Assembly (NCBI RefSeq): GCF_009914755.1
Contig: NC_060927.1
Strand: one strand, 5' to 3'
DNA length: 64,000 nucleotides
Source of the DNA: the human T2T-CHM13v2.0 reference genome, Homo sapiens
Below the pieces are notes generated by a model, which did not search any database, had not been told where the DNA came from, and saw only the letters and a program-made list of their open reading frames with translations. The translations under genes were made by a program, and so were the position numbers. How positions within the stretch are numbered: position 1 is the stretch's first letter; the number at the start of each line of letters is the position of its first letter. Shown piece after piece: positions 48,445 through 62,313 of this stretch.

Positions 48445-49030
48445 CAAGGTTGTCCAGTAGACATGGAAAGTGAGCCACATATGTGGTTTTAAATAATCTA
48501 GCAGCCACATATGAAAAAGCAAGAACGAGGTGAAATTAGTTTCAATATTACATTTTAACCTGATATATCCAAGATATTATTTCCACATGTAAGAAATACA
48601 AGAATAAAATTAGTGATGAGATAGTTCACTATTTTTAAAATACTGATATTTCACTGTTTAAAAGTCTTTGAAATCCTGTGGATATTTTCTATTACAGCAC
48701 ATCTCTGTGTTGTACTCTCCCATCAGATTAGCACTCTCCCATCAGATTAGCACTCTCCCATCAGATTAGTCCTTCTGCTTCATTGGTCAGAATCACATAT
48801 CCAAACCTAAATAATTATTGCTGTAGAAGACCAAAAATGTGCCATCCAGAGTAGGACTGTAGGAGACCTGAAAATGATACCCCCAAATATGCCTCCTCGT
48901 CATAAGGATCATTTTGAAGGGATTATTTTGAGAAACTGCACACATGAGATTTACAGCACATCTCTATTTGGACTAGCCACATTTGCAGGGTTTATATGGC
49001 TACTGGCCACTGTACTGGATGGCGCAGGTC
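48445..49030. mobile_element. MER33 (hAT-Charlie) with a composite insertion
   Basis: gttgtccagtag...gagccacatatgt...acagcacatctc...ggactagccacatttgca...tactggatggcgcag. Confidence 0.75.
48714..48769. repeat. 19-bp tandem repeat x3 (actctcccatcagattagc)
   Basis: Units start at 48714, 48733 and 48752. They are identical except the last base of unit 3. Confidence 0.95.
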
Positions 49031-50002
49031 TAGAGAGCTGGAAAGAAAAGAGGAAGACTATCCCAGTGAGAGGAGCGGCCTGGGCAAATGCTCAGGACAG
49101 GAGTGCTCTGAGCATTTGGGGCATCTTTCATGAACGGCCTGAATCTGAGCATTCTGACAACTGCTTCCAGGGAAATATGTTCTGCCACCTGGCAGACTCT
49201 TTTCTGCCTCTAGTAATTAGAGCTGAAAGTGCACATCCAAATGGGCCTCACTCAGAATCTCATGAACACACAGGCTTTCAGATCCACAAGTCAGGATGAG
49301 GGAGAACTTACTTTCAGCCATGTCCCTGTAAGTCTCCAAGTCTCCAAGGCCAAGCCTGGCCCTAACGCCCTCCATCTCCACCTGACCCCCAACCTCCTCA
49401 GGCCTGTCCCTCCTCTCCCTGCCAAGCAATCCCTTCTCAGGCTCATTCATCACTGTCCTTACCCCTACCATCCACCTCCATCCTCTTCCTCATTCCTGAC
49501 TTCACACTTTGGGGCTGCTATTCTTCCTTCTTGCCTCCTCCTCTCTGCCTCTCCAAATCTCCCCAACAGTTTCCTTAGGACCTTAATGTAAGCTGTTTAC
49601 ATGATCTGTGAAGAGGCCAGCTCTCACCTGCAATCACAGTTTGGGCTGTACAAGCCAGCATTGTTCTCATATCCCATATGTCATAGTCTGGTCAGTTTCA
49701 CAGCCAACTTGTCCCCCAACTAGAGCCATATCTTTTACCAACACAGTGTCAGAGAAACAGGAGGCAACTTAAAAATAAGCGTCATGAGAATAAAATCTCC
49801 AGGGACTGAAAGAAACAGAGTTCTCCTGCCAACAGGACTCTTAAAAGGTGACATTTTATAGTCGTTGTGCATTTGCCAAATAATGTCCTGCTAAATCATT
49901 CCTTGGAGTCTGTCTGATTACAGCGTTAACTATGAATTAATTCTCCATCTGTATAGGAAACAATGATATGCAGTAATGTGAACTATGTCCATGTTTAACT
50001 CA

Positions 50003-50374
<372 letters not shown>

Positions 50375-50595
50375 TCATTTGCAGACAAGCATGCTATGCA
50401 GGTGTGGGGGTGTTGTAAACAATGACAAGCGTTAGGGTCAGCTGCCACCAGAGATACATGACATGTAAATAAATAATGTTCTCAAATGTCTGCAATGATG
50501 CCTTATTTCTATGTAACCTCAGAAAAATTTAATTAAAATAATTTTACTATCATCCCTGAAGGCATGGTCCTCTCTTTGAGGTCTTCATCAAGTAA

Positions 50596-50957
<362 letters not shown>

Positions 50958-53601
50958 ACAGGTGGCTATTTCTACAAATAAAACCAGTGGTTGCCAGGAC
51001 AATTAATAGAGGTGTTCTGTAAACCACAGGGCTAAACCTCTGTGCCAGGACCTGAGTCAAGTGCAAGATCAGCTGATAACTTGCAGAGTTGCTTCCTCTC
51101 TGACCTGCTTCTCTGCACATCTGTGAAATGGAAGGAAATGAGCTTATATCATGAGGTGGAATAAAACACTAACTAGAATGTACACCTATTGCAGGACTCT
51201 GCTGCTCACTGAATGGAGTCCTCAAGAGAAAGAGAATGAATGTGCCTTCTCTGATCCTCCCTAAAGTAGAAATGAAGCTTTAAATCTAGTTTCATAAAAA
51301 AAATTATTGTGGGGTGCAGGATATGAACATCAGGAGGAGAGAGCAGAATTAAGCACATCATTAATTCATGGTGTCCAGTCATCATCACTCTGGGCAAGGC
51401 TCTTTCTCGCTTTGTTTGCTCTTTTTTGTTTTATGTGAGTCATCCCTGACTTCTACTTGCCCCCAACCTCCCCGCAATACGTGCTCACTGAGTGTTCTTG
51501 GGTGTGTGTATATAGTAATACATTTGAAATTTTATGATGTTGCATTATCTCTGTCTATTCTCTATATATAAATGGTAGTAACTATAAAGCTCATTCTTTC
51601 TCTTCCTTTTTCACTCAGCATTATGCTTTTAGAGTTGTCCAGAGCTTGACGCACACTGTTCCATATTTACCTACCCATTCCCCAGCGGTGGACACAGAGG
51701 TAGAGCATCAAGCCTAATGGTTAAGGCTTCATCCACAGGAAGCAGGCTGCCTGGCATGACACCCTATTCACCAGCTGTGCGAACTTAGCCCATTTGCTAC
51801 ACCTCCCATGCCTCAGTTTTCTCATTTCTAAAGTGGAGATAGTAAGAGTATTGAGAAGATGTAAAGTGTTTAGCACACATAAGCATCTAGCAAGTGTTAG
51901 CCATCAGCATCAGTATCATCGTTTTTATTCCCACACCCAGTGCCGCAATGAACACCCTCATACACATCCTTTTATGGGTCCATGCCTGGGTTTGTCTGGG
52001 GTGTAGGCTCTAGAAAGGGGTGGTTGGGTCACAGGGTGTAGACACACTTCATTTCACCATGTACTGCCAAATTGCTCTCCAGAATGACTACCCCAGTCTA
52101 CAATCCCACCATCAGGTCCTGAGCATTCCGGGAAAGGTTTTTGCAGCCAGAGAGAGCACAGATTTTTAACATCTCCCCTCCAGTTGCACTGACATCATCT
52201 GTCTGAGAGACTTCTGTCCAAGTTGGATGGAGAAACAGCTCTAAGACACGTGGCTGATTTAGCAGTCTGTGCTATTCTGCACTCTAGAGCCCTAAGCCCT
52301 GTGGGGATTATGAAACAAGGGGGAATCAGAATCACCCTAATGGGGAGGAGAGCTTCAACGTGCCTCCCCAGGGGCTTCTGACCTCCACACTCTAGAAGGA
52401 TGTGGACCTCTAGTTCATTCCCTGTGGGTAAAATCCCTGCCTCTGGGAAGCATTGTCACTGATGGATGATGTCAGCCCAGGACAAAAGGCAGAGAACCAC
52501 GAAGGGAGGACAGCCCTTCAGTGGCTCAAGGCCCTGGAGAAGCTGGAAGATGATGATGCAACTTGATGGGTCAGGGGCACTGAATGTCCCTTATTCCAGA
52601 AAATTATTCTATTGTCAAAGATCTCTCCACAGCCTGGAATACCAGAAATGCCACTATTTAACTCATTCTTTGGAATTAAGCCCACATTTTCTCTGGAAGA
52701 CCATGCACTATCAACAGTTACCTTGGAGGGCTCTGGGCTCAATGCCTGTTAGTACCAGAGAGTGTAAAAGATCTAAGCAGTAGTCACTGAAGAACTTGGA
52801 CATCTGATAATTCTTTGGTAGGTGAAGCAGGAGATGTGTGTCTCAGGCTCCCTGGGGATGATGAATATAGCTCCGGGAGAGATGCGGAGGCTCATGTAAG
52901 TGTACCATCTAAATCCAGTCTGGCATCCACATCATACTCCGTTTTATGAGAGGCAAGTCAGTAAAATTTTGTTTCCTCTGTGTATGTCTGTCTCATAAGA
53001 GTTCATTAAACTTCAAAGGCAGAAGCCATGCAATTCACCCATTGCCTCACCCACTGGTGAGCTGTTTCTTACTTGGTCATCCTCCCCTTCTAAAAGGTAA
53101 CGCTCTGGCTCCCAATTGTGCTGAAGCTGCTAGGAAGTGAAATTGACACTTGGATATATGAAGGTTTGTAGCCCCCAGGGATGAGAAGCAGAGAAAGAAA
53201 CTCTGAATCAGGTGATGAGCAAGCAGCTTCCTGCCTAGTGAAGCAACAATCACGTGATGCTGATGGACTCTGGGCTTTCACACTCTGGTCTCAGACCTGT
53301 CTGCTAAGTATTCAAATTTTTGGATGCTAGAGAAGATAGTGAAAAAAGATTTATATTGGCATAGCAATAGATCACCAATTTAAAATATTGTTTATTTTTC
53401 ATTACTTTTTATTCCATGTAATTTTTTCGGTACAGCAATAAGCTGACATCTAGCAACAGATATTTGTTGATGAGTGAGAAGTCAGTGAAGGACAGGGCTC
53501 CTCACTTAGTTCTCAGATCTCACTAAGGCTTGAGACCACTCTCACTTTCCCACATGGCCATTGATACCATAAGGTAAATATTGATTAAAATTAAAGAAAT
53601 G

Positions 53602-53889
<288 letters not shown>

Positions 53890-54721
53890 AAAATTAAAGA
53901 AATGTTGAAATCTGATACAAACATCTCAGCTGGAGGGTGGTTAAGCTACGGTTGAAGCATTAGTCTGATGTGTGGCAGGATGGGAATCCGAGGGGCCTGA
54001 AGCCTGGGCCAACAGCTGGCTCAAGAGAGAGAGAGAGATCAAGGTCCTGTGAAGACCAGGGTTAGAAAGTGGGTCAGCCTAAGAAACAATGATGCTTACA
54101 ATGAACCCCTTAGAGAAGGCAGGGACTGATGTTGCAAAGGCAAGGATGATTTAAACAAGGAGCATCTGATGGAAGAGTGGAAGAGACAGGTTGAAAGGTG
54201 ACAGTGGTGCTGGGTTTAGGGGCAGGGATCTGGTGTGCAGGCAGTGGGGGGTGCTGAGATGAGTAAAATAACAAGGAATAAAAGAAGTAAAGGCTTGAGA
54301 TCTGGGTCTAGAAGGAACTCTGTTACAGTTTCCCCTTACCCATGTTTTCTCCCTTTACAGCATATTCCATCCCCATCTCCTCCTCCCACTCCTGCGTACA
54401 GGCAGCAGGGCTCAAGCTAGACCCTATGGCATCCAGAGGAGGGCATCTGCTGGGGGTTTGTCTCTCCAATTTGGTGTCAAATTGGTATTAATGAGTGTCC
54501 TTTTCTCTACCTTCTGGAACCATGCCCTGCTGGATTCAAGCCTCTGTGGCCCTCCAAGTGAGGCCCCTAAACCCACCCAAAGGTTTTCCCTGCCCCAGAA
54601 TAGACAGGCCCAAGAAGAGAAGTTTACCCAATCTTGCCCACCTATCTGAGTCCTGGACCCAATCACTCTGGCCTCTAATCTGTCTCTGACTTTGACCCCC
54701 AGCTCTAAAAACTGCGCCAGA

Positions 54722-55160
54722 TTCTTCACTCAAAAACATTTATGGACCGTCTACTATGAAACAGGCATGCTCATCCTTCCTGGAGATACAGTTGTGAACA
54801 AGACTCTGTCCCTATGGTCATGGAGACTATTGCCTAGTGAGAGACAGAATTCAGTAAAAAGGCAATTTCAGGAAGATGTGATAAATACTGGGATGGGGAA
54901 GTGGGAACACTTAGGAGGGCAGGGGGAGGCAGAGTGGGGCAGAAAAGACTTCCTAGAGGAAGTGAGAGCTAAATCCAGATGCAAAGGACCAGTAGAAGTG
55001 AACCAAGCAAAGAAGAGGTCTGTGGGTGTGGGCAGGGCAGTGATTTTGGAGGAAGGAATGGCAAGTTCAATAGCTCAAAGGCTAAAGTGTAGGACAGGTT
55101 CAAGGATCTGAAGATAATATGGCTGAACCCAGAGGATCATGGAGATGGGGCTGGAAATGT
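54722..55160 (-). mobile_element. L2
   Basis: ttcactcaaaaacatttatgg...ctggagatacagttgtgaacaagac...gacttcctagaggaagtg. Confidence 0.75.
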
Positions 55161-56295
55161 GATGGCTTCCTAGATCGCTGTGTGAAAAAGTGTGTCCACT
55201 GAGCATCCAGGCTTGGAAAGAAAAAAAGAGTCATATCTGCCCTGGATTGTACTATAAATTTCTTGAAAATAAAAACTGTGCTTATTCATCTCTGCATCCC
55301 CAGTGCCTTGCAAAGTAGCCACAGTAATCTGTCAATAAACTTTGATTCAAGGGTTCAATTATTGCATGGGCTGGCTAATAGCTTTTCTCTGCCTACAATT
55401 CCATATGATGAATCACTGCAATGCCAGTGTTACGGTTGCATAGTAAGTATTAGAGCAAACGCTGGTCTCAGTCAGGTGGTAGTGGTATGTTAAGAATACA
55501 CAGACTAAAACAAAGATATTCTACATTCTATACACTCAATACATTCCAAGAGGGATTAAAGATATATCAGGATCCCCCCGCCACCACATAGTACTACACG
55601 TGGACACGTTTGATTTATATGTCTCTTTTCTTCTTCAGAAGTTCTTTTTCTACCCCAATTTGAAATGTTTTATAAAAATTTTTTGAGGTTATTGCAGTTT
55701 TGTAGCAGTAATATGGTAATGACTCACCTATATTTCACAATAAATTACTGTAAAAAGCAACACCCACAAGCTTGCCAATGAATTCCTCAGTTATCCTCTC
55801 TATGACCTATGAAAATAGCAATGTTTTCTTTAATCATCAGCATAGAGATTACTGAAGACTTTGTCTACAATTTTAAAAAACATAATTCAGCACTAAAATA
55901 ATATAACAGAATTGGATTATCTTAGATTTTAATCTCTAAACACAAATTCCAGATTATGTCAAAACATATAAGTATTCCTGAGTTACTACTAGGGTCATAG
56001 AAGAAAACATATTTCTAATAGGTTCTAGGAAAGTGATGAAAATGAGGTAGTATTCCATAAATAGAGGAAAATGTAAATTGGGGTAACAGTAAGGCTTTGG
56101 ATTTAAGTGACAATTGCTCCTGACCTTCTCAAAGAATGATTACCCACAAGCTCAGGCTACCCTGCTTAAAATTCTGCAAGTCAAGCGGTTTATTCAGGAT
56201 ACAGCAGGTAGGATGTATCTGAGGAATCTCACTCTGAACTTATTGTGGCTACTGGTTAGGATAGGAATAGGGTGAAGGATGAGGCCTGGCTCATT

Positions 56296-56407
56296 TGGAG
56301 TTAATGGTGAAATATAAGAGGAAAGGGATGGAGTTAATGGTGAAATATAAGAGGAAAGGGATGGAAATATATTAAAAGCTGGTGAAATATACGAGGAAAG
56401 GGATGGA
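56296..56407. repeat. 33-bp tandem duplication plus a partial third copy
   Basis: tggagttaatggtgaaatataagaggaaaggga at 56296 and 56329. tggtgaaatatacgaggaaagggatgga at ~56380. Confidence 0.9.
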
Positions 56408-56949
56408 TATTCAAGCAAAAGGTCAGCAACACTTTGGTCTTTGCAACCAAGCAATTATCTTTATATAGCACCCCCTTCTTGGGAAAAAGAAACTGTTCAA
56501 AAGATCAAAATTTTAAATGAGAAGAATTATATGGTTAAGCATGAAATTAGTGTGAAGTCAATGATTAGAAATTCTTCAAGTATATTTTTATTTTACAGTA
56601 GCATATCTATTTTAAAAGCTATTTAATTCAGAAATGTTTAGATAAGGGATATGTTGATGGAAACTAATCAAACTTTAAAATTGCTGGTGCAAGCAGATTT
56701 ATTTTCTTAAATCTTGAATGATTTTGCTGTTAACATGTTCTTTTCAGCAGTCCGGAACAAAATAAGTATATAAATTCTAACTTCAAATAACATAATTATT
56801 ACTCTTTGAAAGCTAGAAAAACTGAATCAAGAAAACTTTCATGGCTTTTCCCTAGAGCCAGGAAAAGTGGAAGGTTCCCTAACTATGAGAAAGGCCAGCC
56901 TGACCTTTTCTGTGAGAAATAGAACCATGCAGATAGTAGTCAGATGAGG

Positions 56950-57212
56950 CTTCAGCTTCCAAGAGCCCTACCCTGAGTGTCCTATTTTAAATTGAGAACA
57001 CTCCACCCTGAAACTTCCCATCCCAACCACTTTACTCTGTTTTTTTCCATAGCACTTACTTCCTTCTAATATGCTATTTACTTTTTATTGTCTGTCTCTG
57101 TTCACCAGAATGTAAGCTCTACAGAGGTTAAGGATTTTTTTTGCCAGTTTTGTTCGCTGATGTATCTCACCTTCCTAGAACAATGCCTGGTACATAGTAG
57201 ATACTGAATTTG
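56950..57212 (+). mobile_element. L2 3' end
   Basis: ccatagcacttac...agaatgtaagctc...ctagaacaatgcctggtacatagtag. Confidence 0.75.
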
Positions 57213-57801
57213 TCCTTATGTAATCAAAACTGGGAGACAATAGACTAAAGAAGGAAGTTCAGAGTATTAAGGACAAGTGCTAGTGATTCAAACTAAGTTA
57301 TGAACAAATAGTGAAATATCTAACAGGGAGGGGCCAACAGTTAAAATTCAGTGAGGACCAGGATACCAAGCTGCTCAGAAGCTTTAAAGTCCAAAGTAAG
57401 TCAGCAAAGATTGAAAGTCCAGAAGACATTTAATTCTTTGGCAGACACTTTAGCTACCTACTCACTTTCCACTTCCCACTTTTACTCACCATCTGAAACC
57501 TTTATTTTGGTTATAATAACATTGTGCACCACTTCAGATGGGGATAAATGGACTAAGCCAATTATGACCATTCTTTTCCCCGTTTCTCAGCTGCTCAGTC
57601 CAGGCCAGTGAGAACTAAATAGAAGTCAACTGGGCACATTCTGGAAAATAGAAATTAGTTTTGCTGGTAAATGGAGACATAAATGATTGGCATAGCCTTT
57701 CCCTCTTCTTCCTACCTTGCGCATGGACATTAGAGCTGGAGCTGTCCCAGCCACCTCAGGTGCTCAGGGAAAGACCAAGAGAATTCTCTTTATTTAATTC
57801 A

Positions 57802-58338
57802 CTGTACAGGTTATTTACCTGCTTGTTCCAAAATTTATTTTGGACCCTTACCTATAAATAAAATTTCCAAACTCCCTTGCCAACTGCCTCCAGCTAGATA
57901 TAGTCATTGGCAGCACTAGGAGGAAATTGAGGAATAAGAGGAATGGAGAAGCCAGGGGATTTATCTTCCCTTCCTCTGCTTCCAGCAGTATCTCCAGTGT
58001 TGACATGGTCTTCTCCATAATCCCAGCCAATGCCAATGGGCCCTTTTCCATGGTCCCAGCTCCCACCAAGCAGCCATCTTACACATGTTACACATCCAGC
58101 TCCAGGTGACTCTGACTTCCAAGCTCTGGTACACACTATCTCCTTTCTTTGTCCCTTCAGTCCTGTGGGTGGTAGTGGCTTCCTGCTGTTACTAATCTTT
58201 AAGCTGCTAATCTTTAAGAAGCCCTATTTGGCTTCTCAGCTCTTCCAGTCTTTTTGTACCTCGTGCCCTGTATTAAATTATTTCTATTGGACACCTGGCA
58301 CGAACTGAGCTTTCCTCTCTGGATCCTGATTTATACTA
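57802..58338 (+). mobile_element. LTR33-like ERVL LTR, adjoining an MLT1 fragment (~57440-57785)
   Basis: aactcccttgccaactg...ggcagcactaggagg...cagctccc...ggtggtagtggcttcctgctgtt...ctgtattaaatt. Confidence 0.6.
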
Positions 58339-58456
58339 CATCGTATTTGGCTTTTTCATTGCTTGACACAAACCACTTTTCAAATGGACTCAAACCTTAA
58401 GAAATAATTACAAATTCCTTATCTTGTGGACTGGTAGATTTTGTAAAGTCTATCCC

Positions 58457-58641
58457 CTTTTACAGGGTACTCATGGCCTCAGTGGGTAAGGAGAGAGTAA
58501 AGACAGCAAGTTGGTGTGGTTCTATATGTGTGGATACATATACACACACATACATTTACATATATATACATATATAATCACATGGTTATATATGTCTTTA
58601 CTATCTCCTTACCCACTGTGGTCATGAGCACCCTCTAAAAG
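58457..58641. repeat. Inverted repeat, 49-bp arms (44/49) with an 87-bp TA/CA-rich spacer
   Basis: Left arm 58457-58505 matches the reverse complement of 58593-58641. Confidence 0.92.
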
Positions 58642-59514
58642 CCATGGCTGCTCCCTGCCTGGGAGATTCCAAAATTTGACTCTTCCATGTTATACTTAGA
58701 ACATATTTTCTTATTTTATCTCTGACTCGCTCCATCCCAATGGCTCTATACCCTGACTCACCCTTTCTGCCAAGCTCCTTAAGATAGATAACATATTTAG
58801 ATAGCCTATCATCTCACCCCAAGATTTCCCCTCCTCAACTTCTCCCTTGGATATACTCACCTTCAGCCGTAAAGCAAATGATGTACTATTCTACAGTTCA
58901 CCAGTAGTCTCTTGGAACCAAAAACAGCCTGGACCTAAAAGCATCTGGCCTTCTACCCCTGCAAAGAAAGATCCAAACAGTATGTATGTGTGTATGTGTG
59001 TGCACATGTATTGCAGGATGAATTTAAAATTTCCTTCTTCTCATGGGTGCAGGACAGGATAGACACTTTGGAGGATAAACAAATTTATTATTTCAACCAA
59101 TATATATTTAGCTTTTGCTTTGTGCTTATATGCAAGGGATACAGCAATGAACAAAGCAGATAAATCTCTGCCCTCTGGCCTCCTAAAGCTGATTCTGACT
59201 CTCCAGAATGGCAAAGAGAGCCATTTACTGCCAGTAGGTCCTATTATTAAGGTTATTAAGGTCATGTTTCCATAAGAGATAGGGTCAAAGTTTTGGTTTC
59301 AAAAGGAATACCCTTTCTCCTTATAAGATTAGATTGTGTTGTCCTCCCAAAAAATGACTGCTCATTCTAGCAACGTGTGGCTTGCTCCCTGGGAAAATCA
59401 GCAAGAAATAAACCAGAATGCTAAGTGATAAGTAGACCAAAATAAAGTGATGTCAACAGTTTCACCTTCTCTCATTGGCTGGAATTCAAACCCTCCTCAT
59501 CTACAGTCAGCAAT

Positions 59515-60126
59515 TTGGGGGCTTAGAACATGATACTGCAAAGTATGGTGCCTTGGCATGCTAAGTACTTTGAACTGAAGGAGATTGGAAGGACCTCAGA
59601 AGCAAGGTCTCTCTGACCTTCCCCCGCCCTCTGGTCTTCCACTTCCCTTTCTTCCCTGAAGGGAGTCAGAGAAACCAGAATTCCTCTTCCCCATGGCAGA
59701 TCATAAAAACTAGAACTCCACTCGCCCAAAGCAAGCTATGAAAACTAGAAAGGTCACTCTCTCTCTTCATCCTGCAAGACCCTCACTCCAGAGGGTCCAG
59801 CCCCAGGGAAAGGAATGCTACAGAGAGAGGCCAGAAAGAATCTGAGCAGACAGCCCTTGCTGGGTTTATCCCCTCAGTCTATCAACATTAGATCATACCT
59901 TTTTGCCTAGGCACGTTTCTACACAGCTGTGCTTTCTTCATCAAACTTAAGTGTAAAAACGGACACTTTTCCCTGGGTCTTTTGGTCTTCATTTCTGAAA
60001 GTTCCCATGTGACATAAGAATTTGTATTATGCTTTTTGCTTGTTAAACTGTCTTTTGCTACAAGAATGTTGGTGGTGACCCTTATGATGGGTAAGGAAAG
60101 GCATCACACCTTTCTGCCCTGATGCA
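59515..60126 (+). mobile_element. MER39-like solo LTR
   Basis: tgggggcttagaacatgatactgcaaagtatggtgccttggcatgct...gacccttatgatggg...cctttctgccc. Confidence 0.75.
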
Positions 60127-60191
60127 ATACCTGAGTGGGAGTCTTCATCAGCATTCAGTCCAGGACTGAGGCACCTAAAATGTGAAGGATG

Positions 60192-60745
60192 TGTGAAGGG
60201 AAAATAAATCTAGGGAAACCAAATTCACTAAGCCAAAGTGAAAAGTCAAGCTAGAAATTGCTTAGGGCAAACTTGCCTCTCATTCTATTTCTAAAAAAGA
60301 TAGCTACTAAGAAAAAAAAAAAACAAAAACTATATACCTCCCTCACAATTTGTCCACAAGGAAATTCCTTGCGGACAAAGGACAGACAGAACTCAAAGTT
60401 ATCTCTCTACTCACTGAGATAAATGCACATCTGATTGCTTCCTTTGGAAATACTAATCAGAAACTCAAAAGAATGTAATCATTTGTCTCTTATCTATCTA
60501 TGACCTAGAAGCCCCCTCCCTGCTTTGAGTTGTCCCGCCTTGCTGAAATGAACCAATGTATATCTTACATATATTGATTGATATCTCCTGTCTCCCTACA
60601 AATGTATAAAACCAAGCTGTGCCCCGACCACCTTGGGTACATGCCGTCAGCACCTGCTGAGGCTGTGTCATAGGTGAGTCCTTAACCTTGGCAAAATAAA
60701 CTGCCTGAATTGACTGAGATCTGTCTCTGATATTTGGGGTTTACA
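60192..60745 (+). mobile_element. MER4A solo LTR
   Basis: tgtgaagggaaaataaatct...aaaagtcaagct...aataaa...ggggtttaca. Perfect TSD gatg. Confidence 0.85.
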
Positions 60746-60819
60746 GATGCAAAACGGGACTGGGTGGTAGGGAGGAGGACAACAGAATCTGTTTCTTACC
60801 AGGAAAGAGTGGAATTGTC

Positions 60820-60903
60820 AGAGAAAATAATGAGAGAGAGAAGGAGTGGGAGGGAAAAAGAGAGGGAGAAAAAGAAAGAGACACAGAAAAGAGAGATGAG
60901 AGA
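60820..60903. repeat. (AG)-rich polypurine tract
   Basis: About 85 nt, almost all A/G. Confidence 0.8.
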
Positions 60904-60974
60904 TCGTGTCTTCATGGGACTCCCTCCTTTTGAAGGCTTGAATATGTTACTCCCTCCACAGCTACACTTGAAAA

Positions 60975-61458
60975 TGTCATGCACATCCATGTGAAGAGAC
61001 CACCAAACAGGCTTTGTGCGAGCAATAAAACTTTTTAATCACATGGGTGCAGGCGGGCTGAGTCTGAAAAGAGAGTTAGCAAAGGGTGGTGGGATTATCA
61101 TTAGTTCTTATAGGTTTGGGATAGGCAGTGGAGTTAGGAGCGATTTTTTGCCGGCAGGGGGTATATCTTCTTACAAAGTACATTCTCAAGGGTGGGGAGA
61201 ATCTTACGAAGTACGTTCTTAAGGGTGGGGGGATAACATTACAAAGTACCTTCTTAAGGGTGGGGACGGTATATTGTCACAAAGTCAATTGATCAGTTAG
61301 GGTGGGGCAGAAACAAATCACAATGGTGGAATGTCATAAGTTAAGGCAGGACCTGGCTATTTTCACTTCTTTTGTGGATCTTCAGCTGCTTCAGGCCATG
61401 GATGTATATGTGAAGGTCACGGGGGATATGGCTTAGCTTGGGCTCCAAAGACCTGACA
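60975..61458 (-). mobile_element. HERV-H solo LTR (LTR7B/C-type)
   Basis: gtgaagagaccaccaaacaggctttgtg, gcaggcgggctgagtc, three tandem ...cttaagggtgggg units, and end ...ggcttagcttgggctc...cctgaca. Confidence 0.9.
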
Positions 61459-62313
61459 GGAGAGATGTTCTTTAAGGTTCTATTTAGCTTCAACATTCCA
61501 GGATCTAAGATCTAAAGCAGGATGGAAAAAATCTCAAGTTTATTAACTGGATTATATCTTATTTGGTAAGGCTCAACATTTCTTAAGGAATAACACTGTA
61601 TTTTTATTAGTTTTCATAAAGAAATAAAAAGTACATTCTAATTTTCAAAAGTAGTTATGAATTTTAATGCCTTATATGTCTCAAGAAAGGTCTGAGTTCA
61701 GTCAACTTGTTTGAACTGGTTTCTATAATCAAGATAAAAATTCCTTCTAAAAGTAAAAAATAACTGCTATATTAAACTAAAGTGAGATCTTTGAAATATT
61801 CTAATACTTACTTTGCCTTTATGATCTGGCTTAATCTTCACATCTACCCTATGAGGTAGATAGTATTTTAAATTTTGTATTTATAGGTGTGGAGATTGAG
61901 CTTTGGAAAAGCTGACTAATCTGCTCAAAGCCACCTGGCCCGTGGTGATGGAGCTGGGATCTGAACTCTGGCAAGTTGATAGCTAGCTATTTATTCCACT
62001 ATCCTATATTGCCTCAGACACACTAGAGGATGTTAAAGTGGCAAAAGACAGTAAGAAAAGTCTTGAACTGTGCTTGCTTTAATCTTCCCTATGAAATTTA
62101 AAAGAAAAATCCTTGTTTATTTTTCTCTAATGAACATATATTGCTTCATTTTATAAAATGTACACTTGTGATATACATATCAATCCACTTTCATCAACTG
62201 ATTGGAGTTATTCAGAGCAGAAAAAAATTTTCTAAACAACAACAACAAAAAATAATTTGAGCAAATAATTGTAAAGCTAAGCATAACTCAAGATACTGTT
62301 TCCCAAAACAGAC

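Noticed and set aside
48714-48769. Short direct repeats as a possible CRISPR array
   Set aside because: The units are head to tail with no spacers, the context is eukaryotic, and there are no cas genes.
52462-52566. 34-aa ORF MDDVSPGQKAENHEGRTALQWLKALEKLEDDDAT with an ankyrin-like GRTAL
   Set aside because: Lacks the TPLH/A-A pattern, has no splice context or neighbouring homology, and is compatible with chance.
54692-55111. 139-aa plus-strand ORF
   Set aside because: It lies within an antisense L2 and has a non-ATG start.
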